From: an uncultured Gammaproteobacteria bacterium
GTDB lineage: Bacteria; Patescibacteriota; Microgenomatia; UBA10105; UBA927
NCBI GenBank assembly: GCA_964385705.1
Contig: CAYLQG010000002.1
Span: forward strand, 5,224-63,222
Reading direction: 5' to 3'
DNA: 57,999 nt
This document shows, one piece after another, positions 37,721 to 46,756 of the stretch. Each line of letters opens with the position of its first letter. The stretch's first letter is position 1. The notes under the pieces are model-generated. The model saw only the letters and a program-made list of their open reading frames with translations. It searched no databases and was not told the DNA's origin. The position numbers were made by a program, and so were the translations under genes.

Positions 37721-38628
37721 GAGTGGAGTCTGAGAAATTTTCTCTTGAGTTTTCCCGTTGTTCTAATAAATGTGTTTTTTGACTCACCTATCATCATCGT
37801 CAAAATCCAATATCTCGCTTCATTTCCTCTCTTATGAAGTTCTGTTTCAATAGCTTTTGGTGTTATATCGCGATCAGGAAAACCCTGCATTTCCCAATAT
37901 TTTGCAAAAACCGCAAAAGAATAAAAGGCCTGGAACAAAGCAAGAACCAATCCATGAAGTCCGTCTTTAAAACCGAGTTCTGCGAAATAAATTTTCAGGA
38001 AATCGGATAACGGAAACCGGATTGCATCATACCAGACGAATTGATGATTCATTTCTTTCAGTGTCAACGCCTCGCTCGTCGATGCCCGGTCGATTTTCGT
38101 GAGATATTGGTGAACTGATTCATAATTATGATGAATATACGGCAGGGTTAGTTCGCCCACCTGGCCGTCAACAGCTATGTATTCATGGATGTGAATGCAG
38201 GGAAACCTGCCCATGGTTCTTCGGAACAGTCTGACCTGTTTATCCGGCCACCACAATCCATGTGCGATCCACTTGCCGAACGAGTAATTCTTGCGTTTAA
38301 TCCAGAATCCATTCTCCTTCGGATTACTCCTCACCACTGATTGAATTTCCCGGGCAAGATCGGACGGAATCTCTTCATCCGCATCCAGGTTAAGAATCCA
38401 GTCGCTTTTTGCTTTCGTAAATCCGTAATTTTTATTAATGTTAAGCATCAATTCATTCGGACGGATAAATACGGAATGGGTAAATTTGCGGGCTATCTCT
38501 GAAGTTTTATCAGATGAGGTGTTATCAATAACAACTATTTCATCAGCGAAAGATACCGAAGATAAGCATCTTGAGAGCGTTTTTTCTTCATTAAATGCCG
38601 ATACGACAACCGAAATAGTTTGTTTCAT
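37717..38628 (-). CDS. GT2 glycosyltransferase (WaaE/KdtX-like subgroup)
   Basis: 303 aa. Motifs: ISVVVSAFNEEKTLSRCLSSVSFADEIVVIDNTSSDKTSEIA and NLDADEEIP. Paralog of 8364 and 36055. Confidence 0.8.
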   Translation of the reverse strand: MKQTISVVVSAFNEEKTLSRCLSSVSFADEIVVIDNTSSDKTSEIARKFTHSVFIRPNELMLNINKNYGFTKAKSDWILNLDADEEIPSDLAREIQSVVRSNPKENGFWIKRKNYSFGKWIAHGLWWPDKQVRLFRRTMGRFPCIHIHEYIAVDGQVGELTLPYIHHNYESVHQYLTKIDRASTSEALTLKEMNHQFVWYDAIRFPLSDFLKIYFAELGFKDGLHGLVLALFQAFYSFAVFAKYWEMQGFPDRDITPKAIETELHKRGNEARYWILTMMIGESKNTFIRTTGKLKRKFLRLHS

Positions 38629-38631
38629 ACA

Positions 38632-40077
38632 CTACCGCGATATATGGATAATATCGAGAATCCGCTCTTTCTGTTTCACCCAAACTACACCTCCGTACAG
38701 TATAACACCCAATACCGCGACGATGAGCAACCTCGGTATATTATATGGCATGCTGCCACGGGCCACGAAGTACAATGCACCCTGCAATAGGCCTGCAAAT
38801 ATTGGCCATTTGATATATTCAACGAATGAGAATGCGGCAAAACGCTGGGTGATCTTAACCACAATGCCGATTGCAAACGATTGAATGAGGAGACCGACTG
38901 CAAATCCGTTAAAACCGATAAAATGAATAAGAGATATTGTTAAAATCCATGTCGCGACTGTCCAAAAAATCATGAGCATCATCGTAATTTTAATTTGCCC
39001 GACGGCATTAAGCGCATTGGTAAGCGGAGTCGAAAGCCCTGCTATTATCGCTGAGACGACGAAGATGAAAAATGAAACAAGCGCAGGTTCCCATTTCCCA
39101 TATTTTGGTATTAGGGAGACTGCAGGTTGAACGAAAAATAGTAAACCTACAGAAATCGGGATTATGCTTGTTGCGAGACCGAAAAGTGTTTTCTCAATGG
39201 CTCTTCCTAGCATCTCCTTTGAATGCTGAAGCCGGGAAAACGCCGGGAATGTCACTTGTATGACGCTGTCCATGATGAGACGAAGCGGGACTTCCGCCCA
39301 TTTTTTCGCCCATCCGATATATCCGACCTGGGCAAACGGAAGTATTTTCCCCAAAAATACGGTCATAAGATCATCTTTAAGAAGAGCAAGAAATGAATTC
39401 ATTTGGAATGGGATACCGAATTTCAATAGTTTTTTCGCGACTGGTTTTGAGATACCAAACTGAATCCGCCACGGAGAAATAATATAAATAACAATTAATC
39501 CTACCACTGCTCTCACGCACACCGCCCACGTAAAACTTGTCACACCAAAACCTTTCCACGCCATGATAACGGCGACAAGGTAAAATCCCACCGTCTCCAC
39601 TATTTGCGGAATGACTAATTTTTTAAATTCCAGATTACGTTCAAGAAGTATAGACGGAATGGTTTTAAGCGAAGAGATGAAAAAAGATACAACCAGAGCC
39701 CGTAAGAGCATAACTCCCGCAGCATCTAATTTATAGAAAGCCGCAACCAACGGTGCAATTGCGAACGTAATAACGCTTATCGGAAATACGAGTAGCTGCT
39801 GGATGGTGAATGTTGTGGACAGATCCTGAGGAGTGAGAGGTTCTTTTTTCTGAATAAGGGCGGCGGCCAGGCCGATATCAGCAAAATATTGTAAAAAATT
39901 AATGATTGCGGAAACCACATAAAAAATACCGAATATTGTGGGCGTCAGAAAAATAGTTAACAGGAGAGTCGCGCCAAACGCAATCACCTGCACTAAAAAC
40001 GTTTGAGACGTCAGAGCCACGATGCCTGACAACGATTTCTTTTTGATGATCGCGATATCAATTTCTTCCATAATCAT
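38632..40077 (-). CDS. Wzx-type oligosaccharide flippase (MOP family)
   Basis: 481 aa, about 12-14 TM helices. Motif: LSGIVALTSQTFLVQVIAFGATLLLTIFLTPTIFGIFYVVSAIINFLQYFADIGLAAALIQKKE. Its start overlaps the upstream GT2 3' end by 20 nt (14 nt if the ATG at 40071 is used). Confidence 0.8.
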   Translation of the reverse strand: MIMEEIDIAIIKKKSLSGIVALTSQTFLVQVIAFGATLLLTIFLTPTIFGIFYVVSAIINFLQYFADIGLAAALIQKKEPLTPQDLSTTFTIQQLLVFPISVITFAIAPLVAAFYKLDAAGVMLLRALVVSFFISSLKTIPSILLERNLEFKKLVIPQIVETVGFYLVAVIMAWKGFGVTSFTWAVCVRAVVGLIVIYIISPWRIQFGISKPVAKKLLKFGIPFQMNSFLALLKDDLMTVFLGKILPFAQVGYIGWAKKWAEVPLRLIMDSVIQVTFPAFSRLQHSKEMLGRAIEKTLFGLATSIIPISVGLLFFVQPAVSLIPKYGKWEPALVSFFIFVVSAIIAGLSTPLTNALNAVGQIKITMMLMIFWTVATWILTISLIHFIGFNGFAVGLLIQSFAIGIVVKITQRFAAFSFVEYIKWPIFAGLLQGALYFVARGSMPYNIPRLLIVAVLGVILYGGVVWVKQKERILDIIHISR

Positions 40078-40807
40078 GCATTATTCTCTTCCACGGCCTT
40101 GTGACGAATAACCGCCATAAACCTTCAAGATCTCCCTGAGCAGTCTTGACAACTCTCACTGTTGACCCGGGATTATCTATCCACGTCACTCCCTCTTCAT
40201 AGATACGAAATCCCAATTTTTCCGAAAGAATCAACAGCTCTGTATCAAAAAACCATGCATTATCCTCCGTATACGGTAAAATCTTTTTCGCACAACGATC
40301 GGTAACAGCCTTAAAACCGCATTGAGCGTCACTGAATTTCACCCAAAAAAACAGTTTAATGAGAGATATATAGACCTTTGATGTCAGCGTACGAAGCCAG
40401 TTTCTGCCGTACACGCGGGAAGCTTTCGCATTACGGGTTCCGATGGCGAGGTCGTATCCCCGAAGCAGCGAACGCACCAGTGACGGAAAATGCTTGAGAT
40501 CTGTCGAAAGGTCGACATCCATATAACAATGGATATCGGCGGTAGTATGAAGCCACGCGTATTTTACCGCGCGACCGCGACCTTTTTGTGACAGATGGAG
40601 CGCATGGACCTGGCGGAATCGCTTTGATAATACTTTTGCAATGGCAAGTGTGTGATCCGTCGACGCATTATCGGCAATGGTTATCGACCATTCAAAATCC
40701 ACCAAATATGATTGAAGATAGCGGATAAGCGTCTCCACATGATCAGCTAATTCAACTTCTTCGTTGAATACAGGTATGACGATATCAAGTTTTGGTTTTT
40801 TTCCCAT
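40058..40807 (-). CDS. GT2, dolichyl/polyprenyl-phosphate glucosyltransferase-like (DPG-synthase-like)
   Basis: 249 aa. Motif: LDIVIPVFNEEVELADHVETL...ITIADNASTDHT...YMDVDLSTDLKHFPSLV...LAIGTR. It overlaps the upstream GT-C gene by 23 nt. Confidence 0.8.
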   Translation of the reverse strand: MGKKPKLDIVIPVFNEEVELADHVETLIRYLQSYLVDFEWSITIADNASTDHTLAIAKVLSKRFRQVHALHLSQKGRGRAVKYAWLHTTADIHCYMDVDLSTDLKHFPSLVRSLLRGYDLAIGTRNAKASRVYGRNWLRTLTSKVYISLIKLFFWVKFSDAQCGFKAVTDRCAKKILPYTEDNAWFFDTELLILSEKLGFRIYEEGVTWIDNPGSTVRVVKTAQGDLEGLWRLFVTRPWKRIMHDYGRN

Positions 40808-42461
40808 ACAAGAGAATTCCTCCGGCTAACACGAGTGAAATAACACTCAACGCGTTTCCGACGATGCGGACGGGAGTATTGGTAAGACTTGCTTCAAAAG
40901 TCGATTTACCCTTCGATAGTATCACGCGAGGCACACCATGAACAATGGCAGGGTGGATGAGGGCGCCGTTCATCCTATAAATCCATCCCGGGAATGCAGC
41001 CTTTTGAAAGAGGATTTGCTGGTCAATCTTGCTTTCTAGAACAGCTTTATAATACGTATCCAAATCGACAACACCACTGAGTGTAAGATCCTGGCTGCCG
41101 GTTATCGGCGTTGAAACTATTTCTGATACATTTATTGGCTTTTTAATCCCTTGCGGCAAATATTCATCGGATATCTTGGATATGCGGAAACGGAGCTCAT
41201 CCATTGTCTCAAAAGCCCTTGAATCCCGTGCGTAAAGATATTGCGGCACGAATAATTTTGCATTCATAAATAGACAAACACCAACGACGAAGATTGCAAG
41301 CGGGATCCTGTATATTTTCTCCGGTATCATAGCAATTAGAAAGCTTGCGGATATACCCATTGCAAACATGGCAAATGTCAGAAGACGCCACGGATATTGA
41401 ATAAACGATACGAACGGCACAAACAGCCAAATTTGTTTGGATATATCGATCATCCCGGCAACGGAAAGTATGAAAAGAAATACACCTATAGCCGCAACCG
41501 CAGTTATAATGGAATTTTTTTTATTTTTGAGAGAAACAATCCACATGATGGCTACCGCAACGGTCACAATAAGCTGGAGCTTACCGAGTTTGAATGACAT
41601 GCCGTCTATGCATCCGGGTGCTGAACCTGCATACCCCCACGGCGAATCCCACAATTGGAGTGGGCATACGAAGTGATCAAAAAAATTCGTCGAAGCGTGT
41701 GAAATCATTGACGACACAGACGTCGAGCCCATTTCAACAAATGCGGGTAGCCAAAAAAATGCACTGAGTCCTAAACCCAAAAGAACGGTCAGAATAAAAT
41801 TTTTCACAAGATCCGCATCAAAAGTTCTTCGAATTGCAGCGACGATTGAGTATAAAATAATACCTCCGATTACAATACCCGTCGTTAAAAATCCCAGAAT
41901 TGTGTGTGAGACGATCACACAGGATAATCCGACTCCTCCGACAACAATACCTATGGATGATTTTTTTTTGGCGATAAGAGAAAATCCCCAAAGTATAAGC
42001 GGAGCGAACGCTATTGACCAATATTCCCCCACAGCCCCTCTCACATAAACCTGGACTGCGTGATACGGCGCGTACGAGAAAAATAATGTCCCGACTATAG
42101 CTCCTATGGTGCCAAAAACGTAATCCGCAAAAAGATAAAAAAATACCACAGCAAGAAGGACGCCGAGAATAAACATCGTTTTTGTCGCAACAACGCTGTC
42201 TATTCCAAACGCATACAACGTTCCTCCAAAATAATACGGAAGCGGCGCATAAAAATTGTATAACGGATATCCGTACCCATACCCGAGGTCGGAGACCCAT
42301 CGTACGGGAAACTGCCCCTCCCGTAGGGCCTTTCCCATCACAACAACGCGGGCGACCTGGGTATCATCATGCATCGGAAAATATCCGGGTCCAACCATCG
42401 GCTTAACAAGAAACCAGGACAATAGTAATACGATAATGAATCCTGCTAACGTAAACTTCAT
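40785..42461 (-). CDS. PTPS_related-family polytopic membrane protein (GT-C-like)
   Basis: 558 aa. Motif: YFPMHDDTQVARVVVMGKALREGQFPVRWVSDLGYGYGYPLYNFYAPLPYY. C-terminal AFPGWIYRMNG... plus a terminal TM helix. ATGA overlap with the upstream stop (42458-42461). Confidence 0.7.
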   Translation of the reverse strand: MKFTLAGFIIVLLLSWFLVKPMVGPGYFPMHDDTQVARVVVMGKALREGQFPVRWVSDLGYGYGYPLYNFYAPLPYYFGGTLYAFGIDSVVATKTMFILGVLLAVVFFYLFADYVFGTIGAIVGTLFFSYAPYHAVQVYVRGAVGEYWSIAFAPLILWGFSLIAKKKSSIGIVVGGVGLSCVIVSHTILGFLTTGIVIGGIILYSIVAAIRRTFDADLVKNFILTVLLGLGLSAFFWLPAFVEMGSTSVSSMISHASTNFFDHFVCPLQLWDSPWGYAGSAPGCIDGMSFKLGKLQLIVTVAVAIMWIVSLKNKKNSIITAVAAIGVFLFILSVAGMIDISKQIWLFVPFVSFIQYPWRLLTFAMFAMGISASFLIAMIPEKIYRIPLAIFVVGVCLFMNAKLFVPQYLYARDSRAFETMDELRFRISKISDEYLPQGIKKPINVSEIVSTPITGSQDLTLSGVVDLDTYYKAVLESKIDQQILFQKAAFPGWIYRMNGALIHPAIVHGVPRVILSKGKSTFEASLTNTPVRIVGNALSVISLVLAGGILLYGKKTKT

Positions 42462-44020
42462 GCCGTTTTTTTTACCTTCCTAAGGGTCTTCTGAACGTTC
42501 TTTTTCTTACGTTTCACATATATCGTCACCGCGATTACAAAAAGGACACTGACGACGAGTGAGCACATATCCGCAATAAATCTCGATATCGTCTCACGAA
42601 AGCTCGCAATGACCCGGTGCTGCCCCTGGGGAACGTCAACACGGATGACTCCGAAATCATTTTTATAATCAATGGTCGCAAGCTCACCGTCAACAGTCAC
42701 CCCCCAACCGGGGTAATACATCATGTTTATTTGAAGAACGCTATTTTCCTTCGCGTCAACGACAACATCCATATACTGAGTGGTAAGCGAATTTTCATGA
42801 ATAGTACCCGACCCTTTTAGTATCTCCATTCTCGTTTCAGCGCGGTTGATAGGCGGAGTTGAAACCCATTTCGGCATATATTCATTCTGAACGGTCGTCG
42901 TTGCCTCGTTAGACGTATAGAAGGATTCCGGTTGATATTCATACTGAATGCCCCGGTAAATGCTATTAAGATGTATCGTCCAAAGCAGTATAAACGCGAC
43001 GCCAATTGGTATGACATATTTTTTCTGAGAATCAATGAATAATGCGGTTAACCAGGCTGTCGTGAATAATGAAACGGATAAAAGTCGGAATGGAAATTGA
43101 AATAATGTACTAAGAGCCCTGCTGTGCCATATAAACGAAGTAACTGACGTAGCCATAAGCATGCATACGATTCCTGTCAATAACATATAGAACAACAATT
43201 GATGCTTTATTCGACCAAATAACATAATGCCGGAGACGACAATACCGCTTATTCCGAGGAGCCAATAGTTGGTGTATTGAATAAAGTAATCAAGCGGATT
43301 AGATACGATTGAGCGTGCAAATACTATGTATTTTTGTTCATACAGGGCAGGCATCCAGAAAAACGAAGCCATTCCGACGCCGAATATGAGCCATACTATC
43401 TGTTTACGCATTAACTTCCGAATCATGAGGTACCCGAAAAAGAAGAGTAAGCACAAAAGTGCGAGCGAATTATGCGCCAGGATAAGAAGTGCAACGGCGA
43501 GAGACAACAGCCACGGATGACCTGCTTCAATGCTGTAAAGACCCATGCCGGCGGCACTAAAAGCCAAAAGTTCACCAACAGATCCCCTGGTATAAATATC
43601 AAAAAGCAAATAAGGACCGGACATAAATGAAAGCGCCCCAAACACACTCGCCGTTGTCTTAAAAAACCTCTTAAGCCACAAATAAACCCATATACCACCC
43701 GATAAGAGTGATACGCCCAGGATAATTTTCACGGCCGAAACGAACGTAAAACCAAGGACGTGAATAACAGAACCGATATAAAGAAATCCCGGATATAAAA
43801 AGTTAGAGACGGGATAGCCGTAACTATGATTCAACCGTCCTAAAAACCGTACGGGAAACTGCCCTTCGCGGAAACTCTGATAAAATGCGCTTAACCGTAT
43901 TATCATCCAACCGCCGTCATCCGTAACGATAAAACCGCGATGGAATAGCGGGACGAGAAGCAGTATTCCGACAATGCCGATGACGATAACCGGAACGAGT
44001 TTTTTGAACGTAAGACTCAT
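42458..44020 (-). CDS. PTPS_related-family polytopic membrane protein (GT-C-like), tandem paralog
   Basis: The ORF-track start at 44026 is a TTG. The first ATG is at 44020 (MSLTFKKLVPV...). Motif: FIVTDDGGWMIIRLSAFYQSFREGQFPVRFLGRLNHSYGYPVSNFLYPGFLY. C-terminal MYYPGWGVTVDG...GQHRVIASF plus a TM helix. Confidence 0.7.
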   Translation of the reverse strand: MSLTFKKLVPVIVIGIVGILLLVPLFHRGFIVTDDGGWMIIRLSAFYQSFREGQFPVRFLGRLNHSYGYPVSNFLYPGFLYIGSVIHVLGFTFVSAVKIILGVSLLSGGIWVYLWLKRFFKTTASVFGALSFMSGPYLLFDIYTRGSVGELLAFSAAGMGLYSIEAGHPWLLSLAVALLILAHNSLALLCLLFFFGYLMIRKLMRKQIVWLIFGVGMASFFWMPALYEQKYIVFARSIVSNPLDYFIQYTNYWLLGISGIVVSGIMLFGRIKHQLLFYMLLTGIVCMLMATSVTSFIWHSRALSTLFQFPFRLLSVSLFTTAWLTALFIDSQKKYVIPIGVAFILLWTIHLNSIYRGIQYEYQPESFYTSNEATTTVQNEYMPKWVSTPPINRAETRMEILKGSGTIHENSLTTQYMDVVVDAKENSVLQINMMYYPGWGVTVDGELATIDYKNDFGVIRVDVPQGQHRVIASFRETISRFIADMCSLVVSVLFVIAVTIYVKRKKKNVQKTLRKVKKTA

Positions 44021-44038
44021 AAGCAACAGGCAGTCCGT

Positions 44039-45550
44039 TTATTTTTTCACTGGCGCAGGATTTATCTGATATAGTCTCATCTTTGTTGCCGCATTGTTAC
44101 CCTTTTGATATGCGGAAATGAATACCATGGGCCAATCCGGTATTGTCTGAACCTGATTAAACACCATATAGGTCGGATAGGTAGCAGCATCTTTTGTAAT
44201 TGCATCCGGGATCAATTGGGGAACGGGCCAAAGTCCTTTTATCGTCACGTTATGATTATCAAGCTGATACATTTCAAATGCGTACGGAAGTAGACCGAAT
44301 GTTCCGTCAGTATACACAACTATTTTTGAATTTTTTGCGTGCGCCGTAATAAATGCGTTAATTTCTCTAACCCCCCAGCCGGCCGGCCAATCATTGAGGA
44401 GCTGTCCGCTGTCCGCACGCGGTATCGCGGCATCGACAGGATTCGTTACGATATAATAATCAGTCACAACGCTCTGAAATAAAATAATGAGACAGAGCAC
44501 CAATAATGTGGCCTTATGCGGCATCCTCTTCTCTAATTCCGTAAAGCCGATGGATACGAGCACGAGAAGCGGCATAGCCATAAATAAGATAAATCTGGGG
44601 TATAGGACACGGCCGAACAACGCAAGGGCAACCAATGGCGCCACACACCAACCATATAATAGTATTTTTTCCCTCGGTAATTTCCTAATAAACAGAAGCG
44701 GAATAAATGACGAAATAAAAACTGGCCAGGAAAGATAATGGATTAACCAGTCCAAGAGCCCGTGCATATTGCCTCCGAAAAAATCAAACGGATGAGAGAG
44801 CCACTCTTTGAATGAATAAACAAACACTTCGTCTTTTGCCTGAACCATGTTAAAGAGCGGCGAAAGACGGAGAACGCTGTACATCATCCCGGAGATGAAA
44901 GCAGCTACCAATGCCAATCCGATCCACGACAGCAATCGGGAGATAATTTTTTTCTTCTTCCAATCAAATAAGATAAGCGTTCCTGGGAGCATGTACAAAC
45001 TTAAAAATCCTGAAGATTTATTGAGCATCCCCATCCCGAGCGTCATACCTAAAATGAGCGCGACATCGAGCCTCAGGTATCGTACGAGAAGAATCGAGAT
45101 GTATAGGTTCCAGATAGAAAATGCAGCAACGAGCGAATCATAGAGCGCAAGACGGTCATACATGAGCGTAAACGGGCATACGAGGTAGATAAAACTTGCC
45201 AAAAAACTCACCTTCCTGCTCCGGGTAAGTTCAAAACTCAAAAACCATATACCCACCATACTCAACAATCCTGCACCGACAGAAACCAACCGTCCTGCCG
45301 TCAAAGGGTCTTTAATAAACCGCAAAACAACCATCATAATCCATGTAAACATCGGCTGTTTGCCATCAACAAGCGATATAAATCGCCAGCTTGCATCCCT
45401 GCTTCCTATCTGTGACCATCGGATATAAATAGCCTCGTCAGTAAATATCGGAAGGAGCGTCAGATGGTAAATACGCGTCACAACATACGCCCCCACCAGA
45501 AGAAGTGCGAGGATACCGCTGATAACCCAAGTTCTTTGCCTCATCCCCAT
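44039..45550 (-). CDS. ArnT / PMT_2-like membrane glycosyltransferase
   Basis: The ORF-track start at 45556 is a TTG. ATGs are at 45550 and 45544 (MGMRQRTWVISG...). Motif: LPIFTDEAIYIRWSQIGSRDASWRF...DGKQPMFTWIMM. About 11-12 TM helices plus a C-terminal soluble domain. Confidence 0.65.
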   Translation of the reverse strand: MGMRQRTWVISGILALLLVGAYVVTRIYHLTLLPIFTDEAIYIRWSQIGSRDASWRFISLVDGKQPMFTWIMMVVLRFIKDPLTAGRLVSVGAGLLSMVGIWFLSFELTRSRKVSFLASFIYLVCPFTLMYDRLALYDSLVAAFSIWNLYISILLVRYLRLDVALILGMTLGMGMLNKSSGFLSLYMLPGTLILFDWKKKKIISRLLSWIGLALVAAFISGMMYSVLRLSPLFNMVQAKDEVFVYSFKEWLSHPFDFFGGNMHGLLDWLIHYLSWPVFISSFIPLLFIRKLPREKILLYGWCVAPLVALALFGRVLYPRFILFMAMPLLVLVSIGFTELEKRMPHKATLLVLCLIILFQSVVTDYYIVTNPVDAAIPRADSGQLLNDWPAGWGVREINAFITAHAKNSKIVVYTDGTFGLLPYAFEMYQLDNHNVTIKGLWPVPQLIPDAITKDAATYPTYMVFNQVQTIPDWPMVFISAYQKGNNAATKMRLYQINPAPVKK

Positions 45551-45595
45551 ATTCAAATTATACCTGAAATGAAGAATTCAGATCAAATTGGCAGT

Positions 45596-46753
45596 CTAAA
45601 ACAGAGGCTTATGACGGATTATCCGCTCTGCCGCATAGAAAATAACAGACAACCCGAGGGGGATAAGAGTCACCCAGAGCTCAATAGTCGGTACGGGTTT
45701 ATTCCAGTCGCCATAATAGAAATAAGGAGCGTAGCGCAGAAGTAGCCCTAAGGAAATTCCGAACGCTACAATGAGGCTCGCTTCATTGTCCGGTAACAAT
45801 GCGACATACGGCATAATCCATATGAGATACCATGCAAGTATATCGCGTTCCAGTAACACAAGGATTAGTCCTATGCACATTGCAATGAGCGCGAAAAGTC
45901 GCTTATATCCAAAGACGATGACCGGATAAAGAAATAACGTCATCAGCTTCGCCCCAACGGACAACGCAAGGAATAGATATGCGAGCGTCCGTTTTCTTGT
46001 GATATAAAAAAACAAAGACATCATTGCAAACGCCATCATCTCGATATCATTATGTGCGCTTACCAGCGTTTCAAATATAACGAGCGGATTGAGTGCGAAA
46101 ATTGCAACTCCGAGGTCTCTTTTGTCCGCATCAAGAATGTCTAATATTTTTGCAATAAACCATATCGTCAAAAGATAGAACCCTAAAGCCAGTAGTTTAA
46201 AATTCTCGAGAATGAGAAGGAAATATCCAAACCCGAGTATATACGCCGGAAGACTCATAAAAATCCACAGCGGTGTATATGCGCTCGGAAGATGTGTCCA
46301 GCGCATAAATGAAAGCCATGGTTCGACACCGGTAAACTGCAGTGGGATAACAAGATACGGATTCTGGTGATATATAAGTACTGTTTTTGCCGTAAACATG
46401 TAATTATAAATGTCATAGGAAAAAGCCGGATAAGAAAAGACGGTCAACACCGAAAGCAGGATAATAATCGTCCACAATTGCTTCGTTGAGATGAGTCTCC
46501 GTTTTACGGCGATAAGCGAAACAGCGTAAAGCACAAAAAAACCTATTAATACAACAACAAACCATTCTGTAGCAAGAGGGCGTTCGTAAAACCCGATGTG
46601 TTGAAAGAATTTTTCAATCGTCTGGAAAATGCTGACCTGGCTGAGTGTCAGACTAAGGTCGACCTGCGTGTACGAAAAGAAAAACAAGCCGATACTTACG
46701 AGGCCGTAGAATCCGGTAAGAAGTAAAAAAAATAACTTAGATCGTACTACCAT
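45596..46753 (-). CDS. MptA/MptB-like (DUF2029/GT87-like) GT-C membrane glycosyltransferase candidate
   Basis: 385 aa. Motifs: FSYDIYNYMFTAKTVLIYHQNPYLVIP...PSAYTPLWI and LNPLVIFETLVSAHNDIEMM. Paralog of 4721..5860. Confidence 0.55.
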   Translation of the reverse strand: MVVRSKLFFLLLTGFYGLVSIGLFFFSYTQVDLSLTLSQVSIFQTIEKFFQHIGFYERPLATEWFVVVLIGFFVLYAVSLIAVKRRLISTKQLWTIIILLSVLTVFSYPAFSYDIYNYMFTAKTVLIYHQNPYLVIPLQFTGVEPWLSFMRWTHLPSAYTPLWIFMSLPAYILGFGYFLLILENFKLLALGFYLLTIWFIAKILDILDADKRDLGVAIFALNPLVIFETLVSAHNDIEMMAFAMMSLFFYITRKRTLAYLFLALSVGAKLMTLFLYPVIVFGYKRLFALIAMCIGLILVLLERDILAWYLIWIMPYVALLPDNEASLIVAFGISLGLLLRYAPYFYYGDWNKPVPTIELWVTLIPLGLSVIFYAAERIIRHKPLF

Positions 46754-46756
46754 ACC

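Noticed and set aside
38438-38884. Antisense ORFs of 100-150 aa, e.g. 38438..38884, 53568..54017, 31082..31492, 46902..47300, 206..592, 4914..5255 and 18606..18947.
   Set aside because: All lie opposite strongly supported genes (rmlB, GT2s, YfhO, flippases). They have odd composition and no motifs. Several span gene boundaries of the opposite strand.
41818-42300. 160-aa same-strand alternative-frame ORF inside the PTPS_related gene. Similar nested ORFs lie at 31361..31735 and 23625..23945.
   Set aside because: It is Cys/Arg-rich and low-complexity, with no recognisable motifs. It is fully nested in a well-supported membrane-protein frame, so it is most likely a frame artefact of AT-rich coding DNA.
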